Source of the DNA: Acidobacteriota bacterium
Lineage (GTDB): Bacteria; Acidobacteriota; UBA4820; DSQY01
Length of the DNA stretch: 64,000 bases
NCBI GenBank assembly: GCA_049967655.1
Contig: JBMFSH010000004.1
Span: 25,193 to 89,192, forward strand
Direction of reading: 5' to 3'
In this document: positions 28,474 through 47,927 of the stretch, in pieces
Layout: the number at the start of each line of letters is the position of its first letter
How positions within the stretch are numbered: the stretch's first letter is position 1
Position numbers and translations under genes: made by a program
The notes under the pieces: generated by a model
The model's input: only the letters and a program-made list of their open reading frames with translations
Told to the model about the DNA's origin: nothing
The model's database searches: none

Positions 28474-29784
28474 GTGAGGAGATCAGCGATGCGAGTGGCG
28501 GCGGCGGGCCTGGCGGCCCTGGCCCTGACGGGGCTCTCGATCTTCGCCCAATCGGCCGGGCAGTTGGACCCGCTGTTGAAGATCCTGGTGGAAAACAAGG
28601 TCATCACCGAGCAGCAGGCCGAGGCCGTCCAGGCCCAGTACGACCAGCAGAAGGCCCAGAAGGAGGCCCAGAGCCAGCAGGAGATCAAAGAGACGGTCCA
28701 GGAGACGGTCAAGAGCCAGCCCTCCGGCGTTCCCGCGGCCCTCAAGGGCCTGCACGTGGGCGGCACCTTCTACCTCTCCTACCAGAACGGCAACCAGTAT
28801 TCGGGGACGCCCGGCGAGACGACCTCCTATAGCAAGTTCGTCCTCAAGCGGGGCTATCTGGACGTGACGGACGACATCACCCCCTGGTTTTCGGGCCGGA
28901 TCACCACCGACGTTTACCAGAACTCGGCACAGGACTGGCAGCCCCGAATCAAGTACCTCTACGGAAGCTTCCACTGGAACGGCAACAGCGCCCTCTCCCA
29001 GCCCTACGTGAACTTCGGCCAAGTGGTCATTCCCTGGCTCGACTGGGACGAGGCCGTCAACGGCTACCGGCTGCAGGACCCCATGTTCTTGGAGCGCAAC
29101 AACATCCTCAACAGCGCCGACGACGGCGTCATCGTGGGCTCCAACTTCGGCGGCCTCATGCCCGAGGAGTACCGCAAGAACGTGGACGGCGCCTACGCCG
29201 GCCGATACGGCTCCTGGCAGTTCGGCGTCTACAACGGCAACGGCTACCACGGAGCGGAAAAGAACCAGAACAAGGCTCTCATGGCGCGCATCTCGCTGCG
29301 TCCCCTCCCCGTTGCCATACCCGGTCTCCAGTTCACCGTTTTCGGGGTCAACGGCAAAGGCAACGTGGCCAAGGTGCCCGGCAAGGACCTTCCCGACTGG
29401 ACGGTCTTCGATGGCATGATCTCGTACGAGAATCCCTACTTCACGGGGCAAGCCGAGTATTTCTCGGGTAAGGGCAACGAGTTCGGAACGGCCCTTAATC
29501 CCGATGGCAGCGCCCGCAAGCAGAAGGGCTACTCCTTCTTCGCCAACGTGCGCCTCCCCGAGGATACGAAGTGGGGCGTGATCGGCCGGTACGACCACTT
29601 CGACCCCAACCCCGACGGCGGCTCCACGGTCGTGGACGACGTCCAGAAGACCTCCATCTTCGGCGTCTCCTACCGCTTCGTCGGGCAGAACATGTGGCTG
29701 CTGGACTACCAGGTGACGCAGCACACGGATCCGCACATCCCCAACGAGAAGCGCGTGCAGCTCACCCTCCAGGTGAAGTTCTAG
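28474..29784 (+). CDS. Outer-membrane porin-like beta-barrel with N-terminal coiled segment (OprO/P-like)
   Basis: Signal peptide, LLKILVENKVIT coiled region, FVLKRGYL, RYDHFDP, C-terminal LTLQVKF. Confidence 0.72.
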   Translation: MRRSAMRVAAAGLAALALTGLSIFAQSAGQLDPLLKILVENKVITEQQAEAVQAQYDQQKAQKEAQSQQEIKETVQETVKSQPSGVPAALKGLHVGGTFYLSYQNGNQYSGTPGETTSYSKFVLKRGYLDVTDDITPWFSGRITTDVYQNSAQDWQPRIKYLYGSFHWNGNSALSQPYVNFGQVVIPWLDWDEAVNGYRLQDPMFLERNNILNSADDGVIVGSNFGGLMPEEYRKNVDGAYAGRYGSWQFGVYNGNGYHGAEKNQNKALMARISLRPLPVAIPGLQFTVFGVNGKGNVAKVPGKDLPDWTVFDGMISYENPYFTGQAEYFSGKGNEFGTALNPDGSARKQKGYSFFANVRLPEDTKWGVIGRYDHFDPNPDGGSTVVDDVQKTSIFGVSYRFVGQNMWLLDYQVTQHTDPHIPNEKRVQLTLQVKF

Positions 29785-29820
29785 AGATTCTGGTCCATCC
29801 CTTCACCCCCTCTCCTCTCA

Positions 29821-29852
29821 CGGCGCCCGGCCCACGGGCGCCGATTTTCTTT
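29821..29852 (+). terminator. Terminator of the porin gene
   Basis: CGGCGCCCG/CGGGCGCCG stem followed by ATTTTCTTT. Confidence 0.75.
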
Positions 29853-29866
29853 CCGGCCTGTACCGG

Positions 29867-29894
29867 AAAAGGGGGCGGGATCGCTCCCGCCCCC
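29867..29894 (-). terminator. Terminator of rpoC
   Basis: GGGGGCGGGA/TCCCGCCCCC stem with AAAA on + strand. Confidence 0.75.
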
Positions 29895-29924
29895 CGGGCG
29901 TGACAGTCTTGAGGAGCAGTCAGC

Positions 29925-34436
<4,512 letters not shown>

Positions 34437-34457
34437 CAAGGCACTACCCCCTCGACG

Positions 34458-38765
<4,308 letters not shown>

Positions 38766-38959
38766 CAGGCCTTCTCCTAAACGAAGCCGAAAGGGGCAAA
38801 AGGGTCATGCTCTGGGCGGATCGGCCCGGTGTCGCCACCGTGGGCCGCTGCTTCTCTTCGGACCGCTCCGCTGGTACCATAACCTCGGACCGCGGCCCGG
38901 GCGGAGACGTCCGGACCCATCCGATTTCCTGTCGGAACTGGCTGCACCCATGATACAGG

Positions 38960-39007
38960 AAAAAAGGCACACGGGCAGGGTACGCCCGCAGGCGCCCTGC
39001 CCGGCCT
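38960..39007 (-). terminator. Terminator/attenuator between rplL and rpoB
   Basis: CGGGCAGGG..CGCC/GGCG-CCCTGCCCG hairpin with A6 on + strand. Confidence 0.65.
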
Positions 39008-39026
39008 CGCACTGTCTAGGCACAAG

Positions 39027-39398
39027 CTATTTGATCTCGACAGTCGCGCCCTTCTCCTCGAACTTCTTCTTGATGGCCTCGGCCTCGTCCTTGGAGACCG
39101 CTTCCTTCAGGGTCTTCGGGGCGGCCTCGACCAGCTCCTTCGCTTCCTTCAGACCGAGGCTCGTGATCTCGCGGACCACTTTGATGACCTCGATCTTCTT
39201 GTCACCGGCAGCCTTGAGGATCACGTCGAACTCGGTCTTCTCCTCGGCCGGTGCGGCGGCGCCGGGCGCAGCCATCATGACCGGAGCGGCCGCGGCGGCG
39301 GACACGCCCCACTTCTCTTCCAGCATCTTGCTCAACTGAGCGGCCTCCAGTACGGTCAGGGCGCTCAGTTCTTCGACGATCGTATTCAGGTCGGCCAT
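39027..39398 (-). CDS. rplL: 50S ribosomal protein L7/L12
   Basis: [34 protein letters not shown]. Confidence 0.98.
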   Translation of the reverse strand: MADLNTIVEELSALTVLEAAQLSKMLEEKWGVSAAAAAPVMMAAPGAAAPAEEKTEFDVILKAAGDKKIEVIKVVREITSLGLKEAKELVEAAPKTLKEAVSKDEAEAIKKKFEEKGATVEIK

Positions 39399-39420
39399 GG
39401 TGGAACTCCTCCTTCGTTAC

Positions 39421-39939
39421 CTACTCTACGGTTTGCTTGCCGCGCTCGGAGAGGCAGACCGCCACGTTCCGTGCGGGGGTTTGCAAGATTGTCGCGAGTT
39501 TCGTGGCGGGCGCCTGCAGTAGCCCGATGAGCTGAGCCCGGATTCCGTCGAGGCCGGGCAGCTTGGACAGCACCTCCACCGCGCCGGCATCCACGGCCCT
39601 GCCGTCGATGACGCCGCCCTTCACCTTCAGGTTGGGATTCTCCTTGGAGAACTCCACCAGCACCTTCGCCAGAGGGATCGGGTCCCGCTGAGACCAAGCG
39701 ATGGCGGTGGGTCCCACCATCCAGGCATCGGCGCCCGAGAGGTCGGTACCCTCGGATGCCTTCTTCAGGAGGGTGTTCTTGACCACCCGCAAGGACCCCG
39801 AAGACTGCCGCACCCGGTCTCGAAGGCTGCTGATTTCCTTGACCTTGAGGCCCTTGAAGTCGACCAGGTAGAAGGCTTCATTCTCCTGGATCACCTCGCG
39901 GATCGCCTCGATAGCTCCCTGTTTCTCGGCCCGGTTCAC
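39421..39939 (-). CDS. rplJ: 50S ribosomal protein L10
   Basis: DFKGLKV, VVKNTL, GPTAIA; position in operon. Confidence 0.96.
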   Translation of the reverse strand: MNRAEKQGAIEAIREVIQENEAFYLVDFKGLKVKEISSLRDRVRQSSGSLRVVKNTLLKKASEGTDLSGADAWMVGPTAIAWSQRDPIPLAKVLVEFSKENPNLKVKGGVIDGRAVDAGAVEVLSKLPGLDGIRAQLIGLLQAPATKLATILQTPARNVAVCLSERGKQTVE

Positions 39940-39949
39940 GGCGCCCTCC

Positions 39950-40636
39950 TTAGAATCCAGAAACGTCCAGCCGGATGCTGGGACTCATGCTGGTGCAGAG
40001 GTAGGCGCTCTTGATGTACTTGCCCTTGGCCGCGGCGGGCTTGGCCCTCACCACCGCCTCGATGAGGCTCGTGAGGTTCTCCTGGAGCTTGCCTTCCTCG
40101 AACGACTTCTTGCCCACGGGGCAGTGGATGATCCCCGTCTTGTCCACGCGGAACTCCACCTTGCCCGCCTTGAGGTCCCTCACGGCCTGGCCCACGTCGA
40201 AGGTGACGGTGCCGAGCTTGGGGTTCGGCATGAGCCCGCGCGGCCCCAGCACCTTGCCCAGCTTGCCGACCTCCTTCATCATGTCGGGAGTCGCCACGAC
40301 GGCCTCGAACTCCAGCCAGCCGCCCTGGATCTTCGCCACCGCCTCCTCGGCCATGACCACGTCGGCTCCGGCGGCTTCGGCCTCCTTTTGCTTCTCGCCC
40401 TGCGCGATCACCAGCACCCGCACGCTGCGGCCGAGGCCGTTCGGCAGCACGGTGGTGCCGCGCACCATCTGGTCGGCGTGCTTGGGGTCCACGCCGAGGT
40501 TCATGCTGACCTCAACGGTCTCGTCGAAGCCGGCGTAGGCCACCTTCCTGAGGAGCCCCAGCGCCTCGGGAATGGGGTATTCCCTGGCCTCGATCTGCCC
40601 CGCCGCCGCCTTGTATTTCTTTCCTGTCTTGCCCAT
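39950..40636 (-). CDS. rplA: 50S ribosomal protein L1
   Basis: [35 protein letters not shown]. Confidence 0.98.
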   Translation of the reverse strand: MGKTGKKYKAAAGQIEAREYPIPEALGLLRKVAYAGFDETVEVSMNLGVDPKHADQMVRGTTVLPNGLGRSVRVLVIAQGEKQKEAEAAGADVVMAEEAVAKIQGGWLEFEAVVATPDMMKEVGKLGKVLGPRGLMPNPKLGTVTFDVGQAVRDLKAGKVEFRVDKTGIIHCPVGKKSFEEGKLQENLTSLIEAVVRAKPAAAKGKYIKSAYLCTSMSPSIRLDVSGF

Positions 40637-40646
40637 AGACGGCTCC

Positions 40647-41072
40647 TTAGTCCACGATCTCCAGCCCCATGCTGCGGGCCGACCCCGAGATGGTGCGGAT
40701 GGCACTTTCGATGGAGGTGGTGTTCAGGTCCTTCATCTTGGTTTTGGCGATCTCTTCGATCTGCTTGCGCGTGACCCTTCCCACCTTGTTCTTGTTCGGC
40801 TCGCCCGACCCCTTGGCGATGCTCGCCGCCTTCTTGAGGAGGTCGGAGGCCGGGGGGGTTTTCGTGATGAAGCTGAAGGAGCGGTCGCCGTAGACCGTGA
40901 TCACCACCGGGATGATGAACCCCTCCTGCCCCTTCGTTTTGGCGTTGAACTCCTTGCAGAAACCCATGATGTTCACGCCGTGCTGGCCCAGCGCCGGGCC
41001 CACGGGCGGGGCCGGGTTGGCGTTCCCCGCCGGAATCTGCAATTTCACTTCTGCGATGATTTTTTTAGCCAT
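40647..41072 (-). CDS. rplK: 50S ribosomal protein L11
   Basis: [27 protein letters not shown]. Confidence 0.98.
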   Translation of the reverse strand: MAKKIIAEVKLQIPAGNANPAPPVGPALGQHGVNIMGFCKEFNAKTKGQEGFIIPVVITVYGDRSFSFITKTPPASDLLKKAASIAKGSGEPNKNKVGRVTRKQIEEIAKTKMKDLNTTSIESAIRTISGSARSMGLEIVD

Positions 41073-41087
41073 GGCTCGCTCCGCTTG

Positions 41088-41118
41088 GCGATTAGGCGAT
41101 TGGCGATTCGGCGATTAG
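41088..41118 (+). repeat. Four GCGATT-family units in the nusG-rplK spacer
   Basis: gcgattag gcgattg gcgattcg gcgattag. Confidence 0.85.
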
Positions 41119-41165
41119 GAAGCCTTGTCCTGCCTAGTCGCACCTCGCGCTCCGCGGTTCCTCTC

Positions 41166-41687
41166 CTAAAGCTTCTCCACCTGAAGGAAATTCAACTCCA
41201 CCGGGGTCGAGCGCCCGAAAATGGTGACAAGCACCGTCAGAGTGGAGTGGTCCGGATTGACCTTGTCCACCACACCTTGGAAGGAGGCGAAGGGACCCTC
41301 GATGATCTTCACCTTCTCGCCCGGCTCGAAGGAGTACTTAGGCTTCGGTGCCTCCGTGGCCCTCGTCATGTGGCCCAGCACCCGGTCAATCTCCTCGGGC
41401 CTGAGCGCCTCCGTGCCGACGAAGCCGGTGACCTTGGGGGTGTTGAGCACCACCTGCTGGGTCTCGTCGGTCAGCAGCATCTGCACCAGCACGTAGCCCG
41501 GGAAAAACTTCTTGGTGGAGACGTGCTTCTTGCCGTTACGCACCTCCACCACGTTCTCGGTGGGGATCATGACCTCCCCGAAGTGCTCCCCAAGGCCGAA
41601 GGCCTCGATCCGGTTCAGAAGGCTTTCCTTGACCCGGTTTTCAAAGCCCGAGTAGGTATGGATGATGTACCACTGCATCTCGGCCAT
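41166..41687 (-). CDS. nusG: Transcription factor NusG
   Basis: WYIIHTYSGFE, FPGYVLV, KOW GPFASF, IFGRSTPVEL. Confidence 0.98.
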   Translation of the reverse strand: MAEMQWYIIHTYSGFENRVKESLLNRIEAFGLGEHFGEVMIPTENVVEVRNGKKHVSTKKFFPGYVLVQMLLTDETQQVVLNTPKVTGFVGTEALRPEEIDRVLGHMTRATEAPKPKYSFEPGEKVKIIEGPFASFQGVVDKVNPDHSTLTVLVTIFGRSTPVELNFLQVEKL

Positions 41688-41698
41688 GGCCCTTCCGC

Positions 41699-41908
41699 TT
41701 AATGAAAGAGTGTAAACAGCCTGTTGAGCAAACTAAAAACCACCTGATCGACGGCCCAGAGGAAGACGCCGAAGATGATCACCACCACCACAACCACGAG
41801 CGTGGTGTTCACGACCTCGTCCCTGCTGGGGAAGGAGGTCTTCTTGACCTCCAGTCGAACGTCCCTCAGGAATGCCGGCAGGCTCTGAAACCAATCCACT
41901 ATCTTCAC
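41699..41908 (-). CDS. secE: Preprotein translocase SecE
   Basis: FLRDVRLEVKKTSFPSRDE followed by a TM segment; GTG start 41908. Confidence 0.92.
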   Translation of the reverse strand: MKIVDWFQSLPAFLRDVRLEVKKTSFPSRDEVVNTTLVVVVVVIIFGVFLWAVDQVVFSLLNRLFTLFH

Positions 41909-41942
41909 GGTCGACCTCTTGTGACGGAGAAAAGGGAGAAAG

Positions 41943-42189
41943 TGGCAGGCGAGGAGGGATTCGAACCTACGCGCCGTAGGATGCTCGCTCGCGTCAGAGT
42001 CCGCTCGCTCCGCTCCAACGGCGCCTACGGTTCCCGGGGCGGGTCCCTTGGCTTGCGCCGCTTCGCTGCGAACGCTCGCTCTTCGCTCGCGTCCTCGCGG
42101 CGGGCTATGCCGTGTCCCGCCCTTCGAATCCCTCTCACCTCCTTTCCTATCTTCACCCGCCGGCCCATCCGACGGTTCCGTTTTAAAGT
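41943..42189 (-). mobile_element. tRNA-Trp-linked repeat / att-like remnant with duplicated tRNA 3' end
   Basis: 41943..41967 is identical to 42190..42214 (25 bp); 12-bp inverted repeat 41954..41965 / 42123..42134. Confidence 0.75.
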
Positions 42190-42266
42190 TGGCAGGCGAG
42201 GAGGGATTCGAACCCCCAACATCCGGTTTTGGAGACCGGCGCTCTACCAATTGGAGCTACTCGCCT
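42190..42266 (-). tRNA. tRNA-Trp(CCA)
   Basis: Cloverleaf AGGCGAG...CCGGT-CT-CCA-AA-ACCGG...TTCGAAT...GCCA. Confidence 0.97.
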
Positions 42267-42275
42267 GCAATCCGG

Positions 42276-42425
42276 TCACTTCACCTCTTTGTGGACCTGG
42301 TGGGAGCGGCAGAAGGGGCAGTACTTCTTCACCTCCAGCTTTCCCTGCTGTTTCTTCTTGTTCTTGGTCGTCGTGTAGTTGCGCCGCTTGCACGCGCCGC
42401 ACTGCAGGTGGATGATGTCGCGCAT
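42276..42425 (-). CDS. rpmG: 50S ribosomal protein L33 (Zn-binding form), absent from the ORF track
   Basis: Hand translation [49 protein letters not shown]. Confidence 0.96.
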   Translation of the reverse strand: MRDIIHLQCGACKRRNYTTTKNKKKQQGKLEVKKYCPFCRSHQVHKEVK

Positions 42426-42428
42426 CGC

Positions 42429-43628
<1,200 letters not shown>

Positions 43629-43718
43629 CCGATCCGCCTCCGGCAGCCCGCGTTTCCGGCCGCCCCGCCGTCCTTCGCTTTCTTTCCCCCGGCCCTTCGG
43701 TGCCTAACGTGGGGGGTG

Positions 43719-43794
<76 letters not shown>

Positions 43795-43802
43795 CTCTTT
43801 CA

Positions 43803-43928
43803 GTGAGGAGTGGGAAGTGAGGAGTGAGGAGGGAAAACCTCACAACCTGCTCGACCCGCCACTCGCGCCATCACCTCGGTCTCCTGTCTTTTTCTACCCT
43901 GTTTCCCTGTCTCTCTGTTGCCCTGTTT
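43803..43928 (+). repeat. GTGAGGA heptamers (43803..43830) and CCCTGTTT octamers (43897..43928) in a tRNA spacer
   Basis: Read directly, four units each. Confidence 0.82.
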
Positions 43929-43937
43929 CCATCTCGT

Positions 43938-44013
43938 TGGAGCGGGCGACGGGATTCGAACCCGCGACCCTCAGCTTGGAAGGCTGATGCTCTACCAACT
44001 GAGCTACACCCGC
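43938..44013 (-). tRNA. tRNA-Gly(TCC)
   Basis: Cloverleaf, TCAGC-CT-TCC-AA-GCTGA, CCA end. Confidence 0.96.
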
Positions 44014-44023
44014 CTGAACAACG

Positions 44024-44115
44024 GTTGATAAGTGGATTAAGTCGATAAGGTGAAGGGCGCGCCGTGCGTTGTTCCCCGCCTCTTATCAACTCATTCAACT
44101 CATCAACTCATCTAC
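44024..44115. repeat. Inverted pair of short arrays (GTTGATAA-type left, TCATCAAC-type right) in a tRNA spacer
   Basis: GTTGATAAG (44024..44032) is the exact reverse complement of CTTATCAAC (44082..44090); 3-4 units per arm. Confidence 0.8.
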
Positions 44116-44123
44116 TTTCAAAG

Positions 44124-44210
<87 letters not shown>

Positions 44211-44281
44211 ACGTGGAGCTTTCAGGGTCACAACCCGGTTTCCGGTCAACATGGCCTAGCCGGGAATACTCGCTTCCCGCC

Positions 44282-44356
44282 TGGAGCCGATGAGAGGACT
44301 TGAACCTCCAACCAACGGATTACAAATCCGCTGCTCTACCGTTGAGCTACATCGGC
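44282..44356 (-). tRNA. tRNA-Thr(TGT)
   Basis: Cloverleaf, CGGA-TT-TGT-AA-TCCG, CCA end. Confidence 0.95.
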
Positions 44357-44388
44357 GTCTCCGCAGGTTCCCCCGCGAAAACCGATAT

Positions 44389-44417
44389 AATGTACCACAA
44401 AAGTTCAGACCGTGCAA
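44389..44417 (-). promoter_or_regulatory. Sigma-70 promoter of the tRNA-tuf operon
   Basis: TTGCAC-17 nt-TACATT with extended TG. Confidence 0.7.
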
Positions 44418-44553
44418 GTGCGCCAGGACGCCCCAAGAACGCCCCGCGCACCAACCCCCTTATTCCGTGATCGAATGTCGCGCGTAGGAGCGCCGCCCCC
44501 GGCGCGACCGGCCGTTCCGGGCAATCCTCCCACGGTCTCGCGCTCACCCGAGG

Positions 44554-44649
44554 TCACGGTGACAGGCCCTTGCGCTTCGCTAACCCTTCACCTCCATCAG
44601 GTTGGGCAGGGGACTTGCACCCCCAAGCTGCTGACCATGCCCGGCACAC
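44554..44649 (-). mobile_element. 5' fragment of a group IIC intron (no RT ORF)
   Basis: Minus strand GTGTGCCGGGCATGG...GGGGTGCAAGTCCCC...TTAGCGAAGCGCAAGGG starts right after a terminator U8 tract. Confidence 0.75.
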
Positions 44650-44650
44650 C

Positions 44651-44683
44651 AAAAAAAAGACCCCAGGGTGGCCCCCGGGGTCT
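44651..44683 (-). terminator. Terminator of the TonB-dependent receptor gene
   Basis: AGACCCCGGGG/CCCTGGGGTCT stem followed by U8. Confidence 0.88.
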
Positions 44684-44706
44684 CGAGTTCAGTCAGGATA
44701 AAATGG

Positions 44707-47697
44707 TTAGAAGGTCCAGCGGACGGCCAGGCGGATACGGCGGGCCTGCTGGTGGGCGGTGGGCATCTTGAAGAAGGGGTAGTTTTGGTTCGGCGAGGTG
44801 TTCACCGTGTTGTAAGTCTGGTCCACGGTGGTGGTTCGCTGCTCGTTGGTCACGTTGAAGATGTCGGCGCGCAGGCCCAGGTTGCTCTTCCAGAGCCTGA
44901 AGGTGTACTGAGCGCCCAGGTCGAGGGCCCAGATGGTGGGCGTACGACCAGAGGTGCCGCGCGGCCGGGAGAACCCTTCGTTAAGGCCGTACAGGTCATC
45001 GGCGCCCAGCGCCGAGATGGGGGTTCCGCTCTGAAGGGTAAAGTTGGCCGACATCTCGAGGGGGATGTTGTCGAAGAAGTACCCGCCGTAGAGCTTCAGC
45101 ACGTGGGTACGGTCGTTGGGCAACAGGCCGTAGCCGTTCACCAGGAGCTGGGGCAGGTCGTACTTGGAGGTGATGTTGGGATCGAGCTGACCGTTGTCGT
45201 TGGAGAAGAGGCCTTCGTAGTTGCCCTCCAGGCGCGAGAGGACGTAGGAGCCCTGCATGAGCCAGTTGTGGCTGAAGTGCTTGTCCATGGTGATCTCGAG
45301 GGCCTTGTAGATGCGCACCGGCTTGGGGAACTGCCAGCGATAGCCCGGGCGACCGAGAGGGTCGGGAATCCATATGCCAGCCCACTGGTCCGGGTTGGTG
45401 ACGATGTAGGTGGCCGCGCCATCCACCGAGATGTCCTCGATGATGCGGCCCAGATCGCGGTAGATGGCCCGCACGCCGAGGGAGAGGTCGGGGCGCACCT
45501 CGTACTGGAAGCCGAGGATGTACTCCTCGTTGTAGGAGCCCTTGAGCTTCTTGCCGCCCGGGCCCCCGTTGATCTGCGTCACATAGAGGCCGTTGGTGGC
45601 CGGGTACCCGTAGCGGTTATAACCGAGGAAGGGGATGGTGAGAGCGGCGTCCTCGTAATAGCTGAAGTGGAAGTACTCGTCGGTGAGGGCCCGGATCGCC
45701 ATGTCGTTGGGGATGCGCTCGTAGTACCAGCCCCAGAAGCCGTAGAGCTTGCTCTTGCTGTTGTGGGCTACGTCCCAGGTGAAGCCGACGCGGGGCGCCC
45801 ATTCGTCGTTGATGTTGACGTGGCGCGCCTGGCCGTTGGAATATCCGTGCCCGGGGGAGATCTGATCGGGCACGTTCACGTTGTTGTTGCCTCCAACCAT
45901 GTGGATCTGGTCCAGTCGGACGCCGAGCTTCAGCATGAAGTATTCGGTGAGATTCCAGTTGTCCTGCGCCCAGTAGGCCCAGTAGTGCTGCGTCGTGTTT
46001 TTGGCGTTGTTGTTCATGAAGCCCTGGGCTCGGAACAGGTAGTGCGTCGGAGAGGCTCCGCTGTACTGCCAGCGAATGGTCACGCCCCCCGGCGTGCTGT
46101 GCCCGTAAAACACGCTGCCAGGGTTCATTTCGGTGAAGCTGGGCCCGGTATAGTTGAAGTCGTAATTGTAGGTGATGTCGTAGTACTGCAAGCCGTAGGA
46201 GAGCTCGTGGTTGCCGTAGAACTTGAAGAGGTTGGTCCCCTTCAAGCGGAGCTGGTCATTGTAGTCCCGCGTGTAGTCGCGGATCTGGCCGCCCAACGAG
46301 GGTTTCCACGCGCTCAGGTCGATGAGGTGGTCGGCGGCGTTGTACGAAATGGGAACACCCTCTGGGATGACCTGGTAACCGGCGTAGGTCCCCGAACCAT
46401 AGCGGTAGTAATACGCCCAGTTGTTCATGGCCTCGGCGTTCTTGGGGTAGCGAGCCTGGATCGTGTCCCGGCGGGCCACGACCGTTTCGGTGAAGAAGGT
46501 TGGCGTCCAGGTGGCGTTCCACTGGAGGCTGACCGCGTAGTTATTGTAGGTCTGCTTGAAGGGCGAGGCCGTCTCGACGGGGTTACCTAGGTTCCGGTAG
46601 TAATCTTGGCGGCTGTTATCGCCGAAGACCGAGAGGGCAATTTTGTGGTTCTGGTTCACGTTCCACGTGAGCTTGAAGGCGTACATCGGGTCGCGCGTAT
46701 AGTTCGTGTACCCGCTCGGACCGGCCCACGAGTAGGAGGGATGACCGTTCAGGCTCACGTTGGCGTCTCCGCCGTCGGCCGTCCAGGCCTGCTCCGTCTT
46801 GTTGTAGTCGTAGGCCAAGAAGAACCAGAGCTTGTCCTTGACGAAGTAGCCGCCCAGGAAACCGCCCACATCGTACTGCTTGAACGACTTGGGGTAGTTG
46901 ACGATGTTGGGGTTGTTGAGCTTGTTTTCCTTGGCGCCCAGTCCGTCATCGAAATAGTACGCGAAGATGCCGCCGTGGAATTCGTTGCCGCCGCTCTTCG
47001 TGATGGAGTTGACGTTGCCGCCCATGAGGGCGCCGTACTCGGCGCTCATGCCGCCCGTCTGGACCTCGGTCGCCTCGATAAAATCGAAGTTGAGCGCCGT
47101 GAGGTTGAGGGCGTCGCCCGTGCCGGTCACGTCCACACCGTTGACCGTGTAGACGTTTTCGGGACCTGAAGCGCCTCCAAAGGAGGGCGTGCCGGCCAAG
47201 CCGGAGGTAACGGCGCCCGGCGCCAAAAAGGCGATGTTATTGGCGTTTCGCCCCAGTGGGATGGAGCTGATCATCTTGTCGGAGATGTTGGCGCCGATGC
47301 GGGTGGACTTCTCATCAATGACCGGAGCCGCCGCCGTGACGACGATCTCGGTCTTGCCCTGGCTCAGCGTAAAGGGAAGGCTGACGATCACCCCCAGGGG
47401 TATCTCGATGTTCTTCCGGACCACCGTGTTATAGCCGGGGGCCTCGACCCTCACCTCGTACCCGCGACCGACGGGCAGGTTGGGAATTAGGTAGGACCCG
47501 CCCAAGTCCGTGGCCCCGCCTTGGAACCCTTGCAGGTTGGGTCCCTTGACCTGAATCGTGGCACCGACCACCGGTTGGCCGGTTTCGTCCACGATGCGAC
47601 CCTGCAACCCTCCGTTTTGGGCCTGGGCCCAAACCATCAACCCGGCCAGGCCCACAAAGAGCACGACCAGGGCACTCCACTTGAGTGCGTTCCTCAT
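44707..47697 (-). CDS. TonB-dependent receptor, Oar-like, with carboxypeptidase-regulatory-like N-domain
   Basis: Signal peptide, GRIVDETGQPVVGATI, plug ENVYTVNG...SAEYG...TKSGGNEFHG, C-terminal RLAVRWTF. Confidence 0.9.
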   Translation of the reverse strand: MRNALKWSALVVLFVGLAGLMVWAQAQNGGLQGRIVDETGQPVVGATIQVKGPNLQGFQGGATDLGGSYLIPNLPVGRGYEVRVEAPGYNTVVRKNIEIPLGVIVSLPFTLSQGKTEIVVTAAAPVIDEKSTRIGANISDKMISSIPLGRNANNIAFLAPGAVTSGLAGTPSFGGASGPENVYTVNGVDVTGTGDALNLTALNFDFIEATEVQTGGMSAEYGALMGGNVNSITKSGGNEFHGGIFAYYFDDGLGAKENKLNNPNIVNYPKSFKQYDVGGFLGGYFVKDKLWFFLAYDYNKTEQAWTADGGDANVSLNGHPSYSWAGPSGYTNYTRDPMYAFKLTWNVNQNHKIALSVFGDNSRQDYYRNLGNPVETASPFKQTYNNYAVSLQWNATWTPTFFTETVVARRDTIQARYPKNAEAMNNWAYYYRYGSGTYAGYQVIPEGVPISYNAADHLIDLSAWKPSLGGQIRDYTRDYNDQLRLKGTNLFKFYGNHELSYGLQYYDITYNYDFNYTGPSFTEMNPGSVFYGHSTPGGVTIRWQYSGASPTHYLFRAQGFMNNNAKNTTQHYWAYWAQDNWNLTEYFMLKLGVRLDQIHMVGGNNNVNVPDQISPGHGYSNGQARHVNINDEWAPRVGFTWDVAHNSKSKLYGFWGWYYERIPNDMAIRALTDEYFHFSYYEDAALTIPFLGYNRYGYPATNGLYVTQINGGPGGKKLKGSYNEEYILGFQYEVRPDLSLGVRAIYRDLGRIIEDISVDGAATYIVTNPDQWAGIWIPDPLGRPGYRWQFPKPVRIYKALEITMDKHFSHNWLMQGSYVLSRLEGNYEGLFSNDNGQLDPNITSKYDLPQLLVNGYGLLPNDRTHVLKLYGGYFFDNIPLEMSANFTLQSGTPISALGADDLYGLNEGFSRPRGTSGRTPTIWALDLGAQYTFRLWKSNLGLRADIFNVTNEQRTTTVDQTYNTVNTSPNQNYPFFKMPTAHQQARRIRLAVRWTF

Positions 47698-47787
47698 ATC
47701 TTCACCTCCATAACCTCCGAGATTGCAATACCTTAGGAAACCAACCCCTCTCTTGGGTACACCACCTCCTTTCGACTCAACGGGACC

Positions 47788-47817
47788 ACCGTAGCAAAGG
47801 AGTTTTGGCCGTGTCAA
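47788..47817 (-). promoter_or_regulatory. Putative sigma-70 promoter of the receptor gene
   Basis: TTGACA-18 nt-TACGGT with extended TG. Confidence 0.45.
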
Positions 47818-47835
47818 GTGGACGGCGGAGGGGAT

Positions 47836-47927
47836 GGAAACGAGGAATCAAAGAAACGGGGAGACAGAGAGAACGAGGCCTTGGATTTGACCGGGTTGTG
47901 GAGGGTGGAGGGTAGAGGGCTAAGAGG
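47836..47927 (+). repeat. Degenerate purine-rich octamers followed by GTGGAGG heptamers
   Basis: ggaaacga ggaatcaa agaaacgg ggagacag; gtggagg gtggagg gtagagg. Confidence 0.65.
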
